A DNA stretch of 63,828 nt, counting the filler. It is 7 parts of 7 records of this genome, joined end to end, with 100 filler letters (N's around TTAATTAATTAA, not from the genome) between each part and the next. Parts side by side here need not be neighbours in the genome. Positions count along the whole stretch, not along the records: positions 14,800 to 26,213 come from SRR31147125_9817; positions 26,314 to 37,482 come from SRR31147125_9841; 5 more parts are not named here. The stretch is one strand, 5' to 3'. Below the pieces are notes generated by a model, which was not told the origin of the DNA, did not search any database, and saw only the letters and a program-made list of their open reading frames with translations. Shown here one piece after another: positions 20,901-32,058 of the stretch (positions within the stretch are counted from its first letter, which is position 1; the number at the start of each line of letters is the position of its first letter). Both the position numbers and the translations under genes were made by a program.

Positions 20901-22746
20901 TTCACTGGATCGATAGTCGGCCAATTTTTGCGCAGCGTCCTCAAATTCACTATGAGTAATAACGATATAATCAGCACTATTGCCGGCATCTTTTAAGGAT
21001 GAGGACTCTTCTTTTACAATGTCTTTTACATTTTTAAGCTCATTTTCAGCCACAACAACATAATTCACCGGTGCTGTTACATGATTTACAAAAGTAATTG
21101 TAAAATAATCATTATCCGGGATGGTAGTAAAATTTTTAATACGTTGGCCATAATTATTCAGTATATAAACATCCGCAGTTGTGAATAACCCTAACTGAAC
21201 CAGACTATTATTTGCTTCCTCCAGATAAAAAGCCAGAGAGTCGTTACGAGCTAACAGATCCCTGTCATAGTCAATTTCGATCCAGTTTAACATCACCTTA
21301 TCATAATCAACACCAGGCAAATCTTCAGGAAGATTTAAAGAAAGGATATTTTTTTCTTCGAGAACATCATAAGAAACAGGTGGTGCAATAAATTCATAGT
21401 CATTCTGATCATTCCAGATCGCATCGCCTAGTTCCTGATAATTCAATTTTATGGCCACGTGATGATCCGGATTTGCAGACGGATGTGTCAGGCCACGCAT
21501 TTTAGCACGGATCTGAACGTCACCAGCTTCATTTGCATGAAATATGGGTAATACAACGTCATAATTATTACCACCCCCTAATGCCTGCCAGAACCATTGA
21601 TCTGTTGATCCGAAAGTTGTATTTACGTGGCGATCATAGAGGATGTCTTGTTCCAGGTGAATCCTGACCCGGGCAGATGTCAGTGTATCTGCGGGAGCAC
21701 TTTCCGCAAGGCCGGATATTTCTGCAAACCGGGCTCCGGTTTGCCCTCCCCATTCAAGCCAGTAAATATTTGTTTCAGAATACAAAGAAAGCCAGGTATT
21801 TTCACCCTTGTTATGCTCTCCAATAAAAATGATGCGGTCCTTTTCATTAAAGGCCCCATCTGCTTCTCCTTCGATGATAATCGGGACAGGTTTTCCACGA
21901 TTCATTAAAGATAAGGATAACGGATCGATGGATTCCAGATCTGCTCCGGCAGCTATTAAATCTTCTCCTGTTACGGCAAAGACACCATCCTGCTCCACAG
22001 ATAGTTTAAATTGAAAAGGAGTTTCTTCAGCAACAGCCTTTTGAATTTGAACCGTATTTTTTGGGCCTGCCCCGCCACTTTTTTGCTGTTTCATAATTTG
22101 CCAGATTCTTTTTATAAAAGTCCTCAAATCTATCAGTGGTAATACGCCTGGCTACATTACGGTTGGTATAGTCATTGCTTCTGGTAGAATTAAAGTCAAT
22201 CCGGAAACGAACAGATTGGAGAACTTGAGTTAAATGACTTTTTTGAGCATATCGAACCGGATGGAGTTCTACCTGAACAATTTTTTGATCACGTACAAAT
22301 CCATTCGTTCCCAATTTAGCAATTTCGGCAGGATACCAGGTCGATGCTAATACGTTTGCTTTTACAGAGTTCTTTAAAGAAAAAACGGAATCAGACAAAA
22401 CAGGGACCGGTTCACCAAGTGAACGGGTTGTGCTTTTTTCACTGATAATTGAAAGTGTTGGAGTACTTTCGGATGGAATACCCAGGATAATACTGGTGAC
22501 AGGTAACCGAGGCTGATTAATGGAATCCGTATGAGCGAATCCTTTTATTGATATATCTGCATACCAATTGGATCCAATTTTCGTTTGCGATGCAAGAACA
22601 GAATCAAACTGAACTTTACAAAGAATAAATGATTCAGTAGATTCTAAAATATCAAGATTATATCCTTTTGGGCTGGAATCTGCGAACAAGCATGTTGACA
22701 CCAGGCATAAAACAGCCCAGACATAATAAAATTTCTTTACAGGCAT
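17919..22746 (-). CDS. C25 (gingipain/PorU-like) cysteine peptidase with propeptide, CARDB-like domain and T9SS/FlgD-type C-terminal domain; one frameshift
   Basis: ORF 22027-22746 (signal plus propeptide) joins ORF 17919-22127 at the T6 run 22057-22062. DYIVITH, DVYDEF, LFGD, SDNYF, IGRFP, FVGHG (His), MTC (Cys), LIGDPA; C-terminus NHPNPF...IYTVSGRLIR...WDG.DEDG.QVANGVYY. Confidence 0.88.
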
Positions 22747-22815
22747 CCTGGCTCCTTAATGGTTCATCGAATAGGCAAAACAAGTTTAAATGGGAAAAAT
22801 ATTAAAAGACAGAAT

Positions 22816-23088
22816 TCATTGGTTCTGGCTATTTTCATCATTAACTATTGTTAAAGCATCTGTCACTAAATCTGATAAATTGTTAGCAAAATAGGTAATC
22901 CGTTCCAGTAAATGGGCCTGTTCAATATCTAACTTTGGACCCACCTCATCATTAAAAATGCTCAAATAACCCAAAAGGCCTTGAATTGTCGATCGTAATT
23001 CATGACTCATCCCTTGTAAAGAAGGATCATCAGAAGGTCCGTCAACAGGGTTTTTAAACACATTATTATTGATTGGTGAGTGAAACAC
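22816..23088 (-). CDS. Stand-alone HisKA (DHp) domain microprotein
   Basis: H-box GMSHELRSTIQGLLGY and second helix LERI...LSDLVTDAL; no ATPase domain; GGAGG RBS before GTG. Confidence 0.7.
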   Translation of the reverse strand: MFHSPINNNVFKNPVDGPSDDPSLQGMSHELRSTIQGLLGYLSIFNDEVGPKLDIEQAHLLERITYFANNLSDLVTDALTIVNDENSQNQ

Positions 23089-23249
23089 TCAGGCACCTCC
23101 GCGTATTCTATGATGCTTAACTTGAATGATGAAGTCCATGTGCTCTGGAAAAAGAATGAAATAATCACCTTTCGAGACCTCAGCCCGAAGTTAAAATACC
23201 CACTCTCAATCCGAAAGCATACTGCCTAGAAATATGAGTTTCCCTAAAA

Positions 23250-23270
23250 TGAAAATGATTGCCATTTTCA
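23250..23270. promoter_or_regulatory. Palindromic operator, Fur-box-like
   Basis: TGAAAATG-ATTGC-CATTTTCA (8-5-8 perfect); the minus-strand 19-mer matches GATAATGATAATCATTATC at 15/19. Confidence 0.5.
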
Positions 23271-23370
23271 GAAAACCCGAATGCCTGTAAAGATAGTGAA
23301 ATTATAAAACAACGCTTTTTAATACTTTATAAGAAATAATATTATAATGCTAAAATTTATCCATCTTTTA

Positions 23371-24634
23371 CTATTTGGATTTGAACATTTTTTTAAAAAC
23401 GTACACCTTTTTCTTAAACGATATAAATATATCCTTCCAGTGGACAACAGCAATGGCCGCACTTATCATCATGAACTGGTCCAATGGTAACCGCAGGCGA
23501 ACTTTGGAAATAAAAATTGCATGTAGAGCTGTAAAAAACAGCATAATAAATAAAGAGAAGCAATTGCTTTCTGTATTGGACCGGTGCACCAACAAATCCG
23601 AGCAGTGCCAGAAGAAAAACAGGTCCGGTACTCAAAATGCCAGCCCAGCCAAGCAGATTCTTTTTTTCCACATAACCATCTGTTGTAGGTGATGGGTCCA
23701 GCCGCCAAAATGCTGCTGACTTTTTCAGGCAGAGGGACAAAAAAGTATATGGGTTGTCCCGTATAAATTTTTTGGCTTCCAGAGTATAAATCTTATTTTT
23801 TTCAAATTCACCAAAAGCTGTGTCAATTTTTTGCTGCATTTTCTCACTCATGGCAATATTACTGCCGCTGTCCCTGGTCGTCAATTCATTATTCCCAAGC
23901 CACAGATTACGCCCGCCATTGGAGGCTAAATTAAAAATATGCAGTGATGAGTAATTCCGACAGGCCCATGGTAATATCAATACAACAACAATCATCACAA
24001 AAAGAGTTAACCTTTTCAGGCTCTGCAAAAGAGATACATGTTTGATTGTCACATACCAGAGGCTAACGGCACCAATAAACACCAAACCAGAAGGTCTTGT
24101 GAGTAATGCCAGCGCAAAAAGCACAGCGCTCGTGAATAGATAGATATTTTTGTTATACGTTACGCCTAAATAAAATATAAACGTTGCCGTCAATAAGAGA
24201 AAATTAAACCAGGTGGTTGCCAATATGGTCGCCGGGGCAAATATAAAATAGGGATAAAGTGCCATAAAAAATGCGGCAACGATACCGGCTCTCCATCCAG
24301 CCATCTCTTTTGTAAATAAATATAAAACAATTATCGAAAGCACACTTAGCATAGCCTGAAAAAGACGTATGGCAAGCAAGCTATGTATGTGCAAATAACT
24401 GATAAATGCTAAAAATAGCGGGTATCCAACCGGTCGAAACGCGGTTGGCGTGCCATCACTGTTGGTATAACCTTCGCCATTGACAATACGCTGAGATAAA
24501 GCCAAATAATCAGATTCATCTTCCCAGTAGACCTTGTTATCAAAATGAATGATTACAGCGGCCCGAAGTGCAAATCCTGAAATTAAAATAGCGAAAAGCA
24601 ATAAAACTGATTTATTATTGATTCTAATTTTCAA
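23371..24634 (-). CDS. GT-C fold (ArnT/PMT-like, family 39) membrane glycosyltransferase; frameshift near the C-terminus
   Basis: WEDESDY, TAFRPVGYPLFL, LTRP, PWACRN, NGGRNLWLGNN; the terminal R.RLP motif (KVRLRLPL) is in the frame of ORF 23371-23595, shift near 23545. Start placed at TTG 24634. Confidence 0.8.
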
Positions 24635-25625
24635 TAAACCTGTATATACCTTTATCCTGAGTTCCGGCGTAAAGAATCGTCTTTTCGCCACATGCCAAAA
24701 CGAGTTGTTTAATACGCATTGTTTCAAGTCCCGTATTAGATTCCTGCCAGGAATCCCCGCCATCGTGACTTGAATAAATGCCATGATCTTCAGATGCCGC
24801 CCACATTTTATCTGAATTGTGCGGATCGATAATAAGAGAGATAATGTTTTTATCCATTAATTGAGGAGCGACCTTTACCCAGTGCATCCCCTCATCCTCA
24901 GTCTCATATAAATCCACCCACGCGGTACTAATAAAAATCTGACTTGCCTGGCTATTAAAAGCAAAGGAATTCGGACTGGAAACATTTCCGGATTCTTCAT
25001 AAAGGCCATTATTACATTTTTGCCAGTTATCGCCTCCATCAAGGGTTTTATAAATACCCTGGTATCTCACGCCAATGAACACAGTATTGGGGTTATCCGG
25101 CTTGGCTGCAATCGCCGTAACTGTACCATTTGAGTAGGAGGCAGTCCAATTTTGCCCATAGTCTTCACTTTTGTAGAGCCCATTTTCAGAACCGACCCAT
25201 ACAACATCTTTATCGCCTGATGTCACAATAATTCGTGATATTCGAGGATCAAAAGCCGAATCCCAGGCTGATTCCCAACTGCTACCACCATCTTTGCTTA
25301 TGAAAACACCTTTACCCCATGTACCCACAAAAACAATGTTACTATTTGCCGGATGAACAGCAAGACTTTTGGCATCCTGACTTGTCAGGTCCGAGCCTAT
25401 TTTTTCCCACTTTTCTCCATTGTCTGTCGACTTGTACAGTCCATTTATCGTACCAATGTAAACATCTTTTGAACCTTGAGGAAGAACAGCAATGCTCTGA
25501 ATAGGGTAAATTGATAAAAGTCCGTTATTAATCGCCGTCCATTCGCTTGTATTATCCGGTTCAACCGGATTTTTGCCAGCACACATTACGAAAAACAATA
25601 AGGATATAGATAGTCGTTTTCTCAA
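24624..25625 (-). CDS. Exported Asp-box (BNR/VPS10-like) beta-propeller protein
   Basis: Six S/TxDxGxxW repeats (STDNGEKW, SKDGGSSW, SEDYGQNW, TLDGGDNW, TEDEGMHW, SHDGGDSW); signal peptide with Cys. Confidence 0.82.
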   Translation of the reverse strand: MRKRLSISLLFFVMCAGKNPVEPDNTSEWTAINNGLLSIYPIQSIAVLPQGSKDVYIGTINGLYKSTDNGEKWEKIGSDLTSQDAKSLAVHPANSNIVFVGTWGKGVFISKDGGSSWESAWDSAFDPRISRIIVTSGDKDVVWVGSENGLYKSEDYGQNWTASYSNGTVTAIAAKPDNPNTVFIGVRYQGIYKTLDGGDNWQKCNNGLYEESGNVSSPNSFAFNSQASQIFISTAWVDLYETEDEGMHWVKVAPQLMDKNIISLIIDPHNSDKMWAASEDHGIYSSHDGGDSWQESNTGLETMRIKQLVLACGEKTILYAGTQDKGIYRFIEN

Positions 25626-26213
25626 GCTGCTACAGCCTTTTCATCTAGTTCATATGTACCGACTTTTTCAATTGAAGGCCACATTTCAGTTTTCTTGTTA
25701 TGTTTATATCCAGCAGGAACAGTTGAAAAAGCAGGTCGTTTCACAGTCACTTTCTTCTTCCTCAAAACGTCAGCAACTGTTTGTGGAGCATTATTGACTG
25801 CCGGAGTAAATATCTTTTCATATGCTAATATTAAATTTTTACGAGTGTGTGACCACGCCAGTTCATTTCTAATACGTTGCTGTCCAAATTGTCCCATACG
25901 TGTTCTCTTTTGTGGATCATCCAGAAGATCAGATATTTTTTCAGAAAATTTGATGATATTATTCGGTTCGACAAAAGCAGCTGCTTTTTGCGCAGAACAT
26001 TTCGCTTCCTGTAGCTCAAAAGCCACAATGGGCTTGGCAAAAGTCATATATTCAAGAATTTTATTCATTGTGGAATGATCAGCCCATTCAGACCATGGGT
26101 CCGGATCCACACAGACATCCGCTGTAGACAGGTATTGGCACAACAAATCATCGGGAATTCGCCCGGTAAATTTGACCGAGTCTTCAAGCCCCATTTTTTT
26201 GCTCATAGCCCGG
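25622..26213 (-). CDS. Glycosyltransferase family 4, C-terminal part (5' truncated)
   Basis: VKFTGRIP, ADVCVDPDP, STMNKILEYM..AKPIVAF, ELAW. Confidence 0.88.
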
Positions 26214-26313
26214 NNNNNNNNNNNNNNNNNNNNNNNNNNNNNNNNNNNNNNNNNNNNTTAATTAATTAANNNNNNNNNNNNNNNNNNNNNNNNNNNNNNN
26301 NNNNNNNNNNNNN
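26214..26313. other. Artificial contig linker
   Basis: N-run / TTAATTAATTAA / N-run. Confidence 0.98.
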
Positions 26314-28307
26314 TGCTCCTGGATATGCTGATGATCCTGAACCTTGTTTTGAGTCTGATCATCATCCTGATCGTCCTCTACACAAAGAGGGCTCTTGATT
26401 TTTCGATTTTCCCGACCCTGCTGCTGGTAACAACGGTCTTCGGACTGGCGGTCAATGTCTCTTCGACCAGACTGATCCTCTCCAAGGGAGCGGAGTTTGA
26501 CGGAAGGATGGTTCGTGCCTTCGGTACCTTCGTCGTCGGTTCCGGTGGTGCCCAGGGTCTTGTTATCGGTATTATCATTTTTATCATAATCGTTGCCGTA
26601 CAGTTTATTGTTATCACCAAGGGTGCCACCCGTGTTGCAGAAGTTGCCGCGCGTTTTACCCTCGACTCCCTGCCGGGAAAACAGATGGCCATCGAGGCGG
26701 AGTACAACTCCGGGGCCATTACCGAGGAGATGTCGACAAAGAAGAAGCATGATCTCCAGAAGGAGACCGATTTCTACGGGGCCATGGACGGTGCTTCGAA
26801 GTTTGTCTCCGGGAACGTCAAGGTCGGAATTCTTATCACCGTTATCAATATGGTTGCCGGATTTGTTGTCGGAGTCACGATTCACGGCGAATCGGCGGAT
26901 TTGGCGATATCCAACTATATTTCACTGACCATTGGAGATGGGCTCCTTTCCCAGTTTCCTGCCCTTCTGATCTCTACGGCTACCGGTCTTATCGTGACCC
27001 GGGCTATTTCCGACGGTACCTTCGGCTCTGATATTAACGAGCAGTTTACCCGGGACGGCAGGGTCTACTGGATCGCCTCTGCATTTCTTTTACTTCTTGC
27101 TTTTATCCCGGGATTTCCCTGGTACGTCCTTATTCCCATGGCTCTCCTGGTAGGATTCCTGGCTCTTCAGCTGACCCGGAAAAAAGCCCGGGCAGAGGCC
27201 GCAGAAACTGCTGCCGAAGAAGCCAAACCGGCGGAGGCCCAGAGTCCCGCGGAAATTTCTCCTGTCGTGCCCCTGGATCCCATCTCACTGGAGCTTGGTT
27301 ATGGTCTGATCCCGCTTGTTGACAAGGATCAGTCCTCCGAGCTTCTCGACCGGATTACCCGCATCCGCCGGGAGGCGGCTCTTGAACTGGGGCTGGTTGT
27401 TCCCCGGATACGAATTGTTGACAATATGCGCCTGGAACCTTCCCAGTACTGTGTGAAGATCCGGGGTGTGGAGATTGGAAAAGGAACCATCAGAACCGGC
27501 TCTTATCTGGCTATAAATCCCGGTCATATTGCCGATGAAATACCCGGTGAAAAAACAATTGATCCGGCTTTCGGCCTGCCTGCCAAGTGGATTACCGAAG
27601 ACTACCGGGACCGGGCCGAACGGGAAGGGCTGACCGTCGTGGATAATCAATCGGTTATCGCCACCCATCTGACAGAAATTATCAAGGGCCATGCCCATGA
27701 GCTGATAGGTCGTCAGGAGGTTCAGAAGATTCTTGAAACCCTGCGGACCGATTATTCTGCCGTTGTTGATGAAGTTAATAAAGCTCTCAATCTCGGAGAG
27801 ATCCTGAAAGTGATGCAGAGGCTGCTGCATGAACGGGTTTCGGTTCGAAATATCGTTCCTATTCTGGAATGTCTCGCCGATTACGCCCCGGTTTCCCGGG
27901 ATATCAGTTTCCTGGTGGAAAAGGTCCGTCAGGCCCTCGGCCGGGAAATCTGTCTGGCCATTGCGGATGATGAGAAGGTTATCCGGGTTCTTACCCTGAA
28001 TCCGGAGGTTGAGCAGAAGATAATCGACGCCCGGGTGGATACATCCAACGGACCGATTGCGGCTCTGGCTCCGGAACTTCAGCGGAGGTGGATGACATCT
28101 GTAACAAATACGGTGAAGGAAGTCCAGGCGAAGGGCTTTCTTGCTGTCATTCTCACCTCCGAGCCGGCCCGGGTTCTTGTGAAAAACAATCTGAAACGGG
28201 AACTTCCTGATGTGACGGTTGTTTCTGTACCGGAAATTGACCAGGGCTTCAGTGTTGAAGGTCTGGGTGAAATAGAAATTGTAGAAAATATGATGAATAG
28301 CGCGTAG
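26314..28307 (+). CDS. flhA: Flagellar export gate protein FlhA (5' truncated)
   Basis: FPTLLL, ITKGATRVAEVAARFTLDSLPGKQMAI, FYGAMDGASKFV, LTIGDGL. Confidence 0.97.
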
Positions 28308-28315
28308 GAAGAGAA

Positions 28316-29605
28316 ATGCAGTATTTTACAGAACAGGGCCCTTCCCACAGGGAAGTGGTTAAACAGATCAAGGAAAAATACGGAGACAGGGCTCAGATTA
28401 TGACCCACCGGAATGTCCGCATCGGCGGATTTCTGGGGATGTTTACCAGGGACGGGGTAGAGATCACGGGGATCATCTCCAATGAGCGGCAGAACCGTAT
28501 GAAGAAGGACCTGGAAAGCGAAAAGAACCGAATTATTTCTGCGGCAGCCGCAGCCCAGGGTCGCGAAACGGCCGGAGCCTCTTCCACCGACGGCCTCATG
28601 ACCAGCGGTTCCGTTGCCGGAGCAATCGGAACCTCCATGGCTCCCTCAGTAGCTGCCGGGCCTGCCGGAGTTAATGCTGCCTTGACAGGTGCGACCGGAA
28701 TGGAGCAGGTCCTTTCGGAACTGAAAGAGATCAAGGAGCAGATGGGAACGAAAGGCCTGGCAGACGAGGGGGAACATCTGAATCTGGAGAGGCTGGAAGA
28801 GCTTCTGGTGGAGAATGATTTTTCCTTTAGTTTCATTAAGAAGATGATGGCACGGGTGAAAAGTGAACTCTCCTATCTGGAACTTGAAGACTTTGAACTG
28901 ATTCAGAACAGGGTCCTGGGCTGGATCGGCGAAGAGATAGAGATTTACTCCAACGGGAAGGACCACGGCTGCAAGCGTGTCGTTCTCATTGGTCCAACGG
29001 GCGTGGGTAAGACGACGACCATCGCCAAACTGGCTGCCATGTCGATCCTCGATCAGGATAATCCCGAGACCCCCAGTGTCAGGATGATAACCATCGACAA
29101 TTACAGGATTGGAGCCAGAGGACAGCTTGAAACCTACGGGGATATTATGAATATTCCGGTGGCCTCGGTGGAAACCCGGGAGGAGATGAAGAAGAAACTT
29201 GCACTCTTTGAGGATATCGATATCGTCTATGTCGATACCACCGGCCGATCCCAGAAGGACTATAAAAATATCGCTTCCATGCGGGAGCTTCTGGAACCCT
29301 GCGGCGGGAAAGCTGAGTATTTTCTGGCCGTCAGCGCCACAACGAAAGCCTCGGACGTCCGGGAGATCTTTCGGGAATTTGAACCGTTTAATTATCATGG
29401 TGTTGTTTTGACGAAGCTGGATGAAACCATGAGAGTTGGGAATATCATCAGTATTATCGCTGAATTGCAAAAACCTCTGGCCTATATCACCTTCGGTCAG
29501 GGGGTTCCTGCAGATATAGAAAGGGCAAGCCGGATGCGGCTGCTCAAGAATCTGGAAGGATTTTCCCTGGACACTGATAAAATTAAAGAGAAAGTTGGAG
29601 AGTAG
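28316..29605 (+). CDS. flhF: Flagellar SRP-type GTPase FlhF
   Basis: GPTGVGKTTTIAKLAA, DNYRIGA, DTTGR, TKLDE, GQGVP; follows flhA. Confidence 0.95.
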   Translation: MQYFTEQGPSHREVVKQIKEKYGDRAQIMTHRNVRIGGFLGMFTRDGVEITGIISNERQNRMKKDLESEKNRIISAAAAAQGRETAGASSTDGLMTSGSVAGAIGTSMAPSVAAGPAGVNAALTGATGMEQVLSELKEIKEQMGTKGLADEGEHLNLERLEELLVENDFSFSFIKKMMARVKSELSYLELEDFELIQNRVLGWIGEEIEIYSNGKDHGCKRVVLIGPTGVGKTTTIAKLAAMSILDQDNPETPSVRMITIDNYRIGARGQLETYGDIMNIPVASVETREEMKKKLALFEDIDIVYVDTTGRSQKDYKNIASMRELLEPCGGKAEYFLAVSATTKASDVREIFREFEPFNYHGVVLTKLDETMRVGNIISIIAELQKPLAYITFGQGVPADIERASRMRLLKNLEGFSLDTDKIKEKVGE

Positions 29606-29607
29606 TC

Positions 29608-30477
29608 ATGACTGACCAGGCTGAACAGTTAAGAGAAATAATGAAGGGCCGCGGTGCCGAGGAGGGTACCGGGGCCGAGAAAACACGGATTATTACCGTC
29701 GCCAGTGGCAAGGGCGGGGTAGGAAAAACCAATCTTTCCATCAATCTGGGTCTGGCCTATGCCAAGCTCGGCAAGAAGGTTATTGTTCTGGACGCGGACC
29801 TGGGGCTGGCCAATGTCAATGTTGTCCTGGGGATGATACCGAAATACAACCTTTACCATATTATCCGGAAGCAGAAGACCATGAAGGATATTATCCTTGA
29901 CACTGACTACGGCATTCGTATCGTCGCCGGGGCTTCGGGCTTTTTCAAGATAGCGAATCTGGAAGAGGAGGAGCGCAACGGCTTTATCCATGAGCTTTCG
30001 GAGCTGTCTTCGGCGGATATCATTATAATCGATACCAGTGCCGGGGTTTCCTCCAATGTTCTCGCCTTCGTCGCGGCGGCGGATGACGTGATTATTGTCA
30101 CAACACCGGAGCCTACAGCCATTACCGATGCCTACGGTATTATCAAGATTATCGCCACGGAGATTGACAATATGGACATCGGTTTGAAACTGATCGTCAA
30201 CCGGGTGAAATCGGTAACAGAAGGGAAAAAAGTCGCCGAACGGGTAATCAATATCGCCGGTCAGTTTTTGAATCTGAAGGTCGACTACCTGGGCTATGTG
30301 TATGATGACCCTATAGTCTCTGCTTCGGTTATCAAACAGAAGCCTTTTCTGGCGAATGAGCCGAACTCCAAGGCTTCGATATGTGTGAAACAACTGGTTA
30401 GCCGGCTTGAAAAGATCGAGTACCGCGAGGGGAGCGGGGTTAACCGGTTTATACAGAAGCTTTTAGGGCGTATATGA
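29608..30477 (+). CDS. flhG: MinD-like flagellar number ATPase FlhG
   Basis: DQAEQLR N-terminus, SGKGGVGKTN, DADLGLANV, TPEPTAITDAY. Confidence 0.95.
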   Translation: MTDQAEQLREIMKGRGAEEGTGAEKTRIITVASGKGGVGKTNLSINLGLAYAKLGKKVIVLDADLGLANVNVVLGMIPKYNLYHIIRKQKTMKDIILDTDYGIRIVAGASGFFKIANLEEEERNGFIHELSELSSADIIIIDTSAGVSSNVLAFVAAADDVIIVTTPEPTAITDAYGIIKIIATEIDNMDIGLKLIVNRVKSVTEGKKVAERVINIAGQFLNLKVDYLGYVYDDPIVSASVIKQKPFLANEPNSKASICVKQLVSRLEKIEYREGSGVNRFIQKLLGRI

Positions 30478-30529
30478 CATATTTTTCTACCGAAGAGGTT
30501 ATGAGAAATTTACAGTTTTTTGTAACAAC

Positions 30530-30558
30530 TTGACGGTGGAAAGAATATACCATAAGCT
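30530..30558 (+). promoter_or_regulatory. Putative sigma70 promoter inside the flagellar cluster
   Basis: TTGACG-N17-TAAGCT in the only sizeable intergenic gap, upstream of hyp-fliA. Confidence 0.45.
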
Positions 30559-30581
30559 GTAAAATAGTATTGGGGGGGATC

Positions 30582-31259
30582 GTGATTAATATAAGATTGA
30601 CGGTGATTGCCGGTGCGGCAGCCGCTGTTTTATCCTTAATCTTCGGAATTTTCGGTGAGGTTACTGCCGGTGCCGTATTTTTCCGGGCCCTCCTGAGCGG
30701 CATATTGTTTGCGGGTTTTACGGTCGGTGCCGGAATCCTTCTGAAACAGTTTCTCCCGGAACTCTTTGATGAGACCGAAGGGGGAGAGGGAGCGGAAGAG
30801 GTTCAGAATGGGGAATCTCCCCAGACCGGCGGAAAGGTAAATATTGTTCTGGATAGTGATGATGAGGGGCAGGAAGGTGACTACACCTATGCTGCAGCTC
30901 AGGGCGCAGGTGCCGAAAACGGTACCGGTTCAGAACCCGGGTTGACCGGAGGAATGCCGGGGAATTCGGGTGGTCCGGGTGAGGATCTGCAAGAATTTAC
31001 CGGAACCGATGATGTGGAAGAGCTTGAAGAAGCAGAAGCTGTGGAGGAGATTTCTTCCACCGGAGCTTCAGGTGGTGCTGTTCCGGATATTGGTGAATTT
31101 GAAAATACATTTAATACGGCTCCTTCGGGGCTGGACAGCCTTGGTGAAACGGGAGGTTCCGGCAGCAGCGGATCGATTGAGATTCTCGGCGGGGAACACA
31201 GTACGACCGATGCCGCCAAGGCCATTCAGACAATATTGAAGAAAGAGCAGGAAGGGTAA
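30582..31259 (+). CDS. Hypothetical membrane protein (two TM segments, acidic low-complexity tail)
   Basis: GTG start behind a G-rich RBS; hydrophobic N-terminus ending FLPEL; C-terminal AKAIQTILKKE helix; 3 nt before fliA. Confidence 0.75.
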   Translation: MINIRLTVIAGAAAAVLSLIFGIFGEVTAGAVFFRALLSGILFAGFTVGAGILLKQFLPELFDETEGGEGAEEVQNGESPQTGGKVNIVLDSDDEGQEGDYTYAAAQGAGAENGTGSEPGLTGGMPGNSGGPGEDLQEFTGTDDVEELEEAEAVEEISSTGASGGAVPDIGEFENTFNTAPSGLDSLGETGGSGSSGSIEILGGEHSTTDAAKAIQTILKKEQEG

Positions 31260-31262
31260 TCT

Positions 31263-32051
31263 ATGGCAGATGTTCTGTTGGATGGTAAGACAGAAGAGCA
31301 ACTCTGGATCGAGTACAAACATAAGCGGGATTCCCGAATAAGGGATGCCCTGATCAAACAGTATGCCCCCCTGGTGAAGTATGTCGCCGGCAAGGTTGCC
31401 GTTGGTATGCCCTCCAATGTGGAGTTTGACGATCTGGTCGGCTACGGTGTATTTGGTCTGTTTGATGCTATCGATAAATACGATCCGGAGAAAAAGGTAA
31501 AATTTAAAACCTATGCGGTGACCAGGATCAGAGGGGCTATTTTCGATGAACTGCGTTCCATAGACTGGGTCCCCCGATCGATTCGCCAGAAGATCAAAGA
31601 AGTGGAAGTCGTCATCAGTCAGCTGGAAATCTCTCTTGGAAGGACCCCTTCGGATATGGAGATTGCCAATAAACTCAATATGACCCTGCCTGAATTTCAG
31701 AAACTGATGTTGAAAACCAGCGGGACTTCGATTCTCTCTTTGAATGACATCTGGTACACCGGAGATGAGAACGATAAGGTTTCTATTGTCGACTCCATTG
31801 AGTCCCCTCAGTCTCTGAATCCTGATACCATCGTCGAAAAGGATGAAATCAAGAGGGTTATCGTTCAAGCCATTGATGAGCTCCCGGAGAAGGAGAAGAA
31901 GGTCCTTGTCCTCTATTATTATGAAGATCTGACCCTGAAAGAGATTGGTCAGGTGCTGGAAGTGACCGAATCCAGGATTTCGCAGCTCCATACCAAGGCT
32001 ATTACCCGGTTAAGGGCCAAATTGACAAATATCAAGAAAGGAATTATGTGA
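31263..32051 (+). CDS. fliA: RNA polymerase sigma-28 (FliA/WhiG)
   Basis: [56 protein letters not shown]. Confidence 0.96.
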   Translation: MADVLLDGKTEEQLWIEYKHKRDSRIRDALIKQYAPLVKYVAGKVAVGMPSNVEFDDLVGYGVFGLFDAIDKYDPEKKVKFKTYAVTRIRGAIFDELRSIDWVPRSIRQKIKEVEVVISQLEISLGRTPSDMEIANKLNMTLPEFQKLMLKTSGTSILSLNDIWYTGDENDKVSIVDSIESPQSLNPDTIVEKDEIKRVIVQAIDELPEKEKKVLVLYYYEDLTLKEIGQVLEVTESRISQLHTKAITRLRAKLTNIKKGIM

Positions 32052-32058
32052 GGAACAT

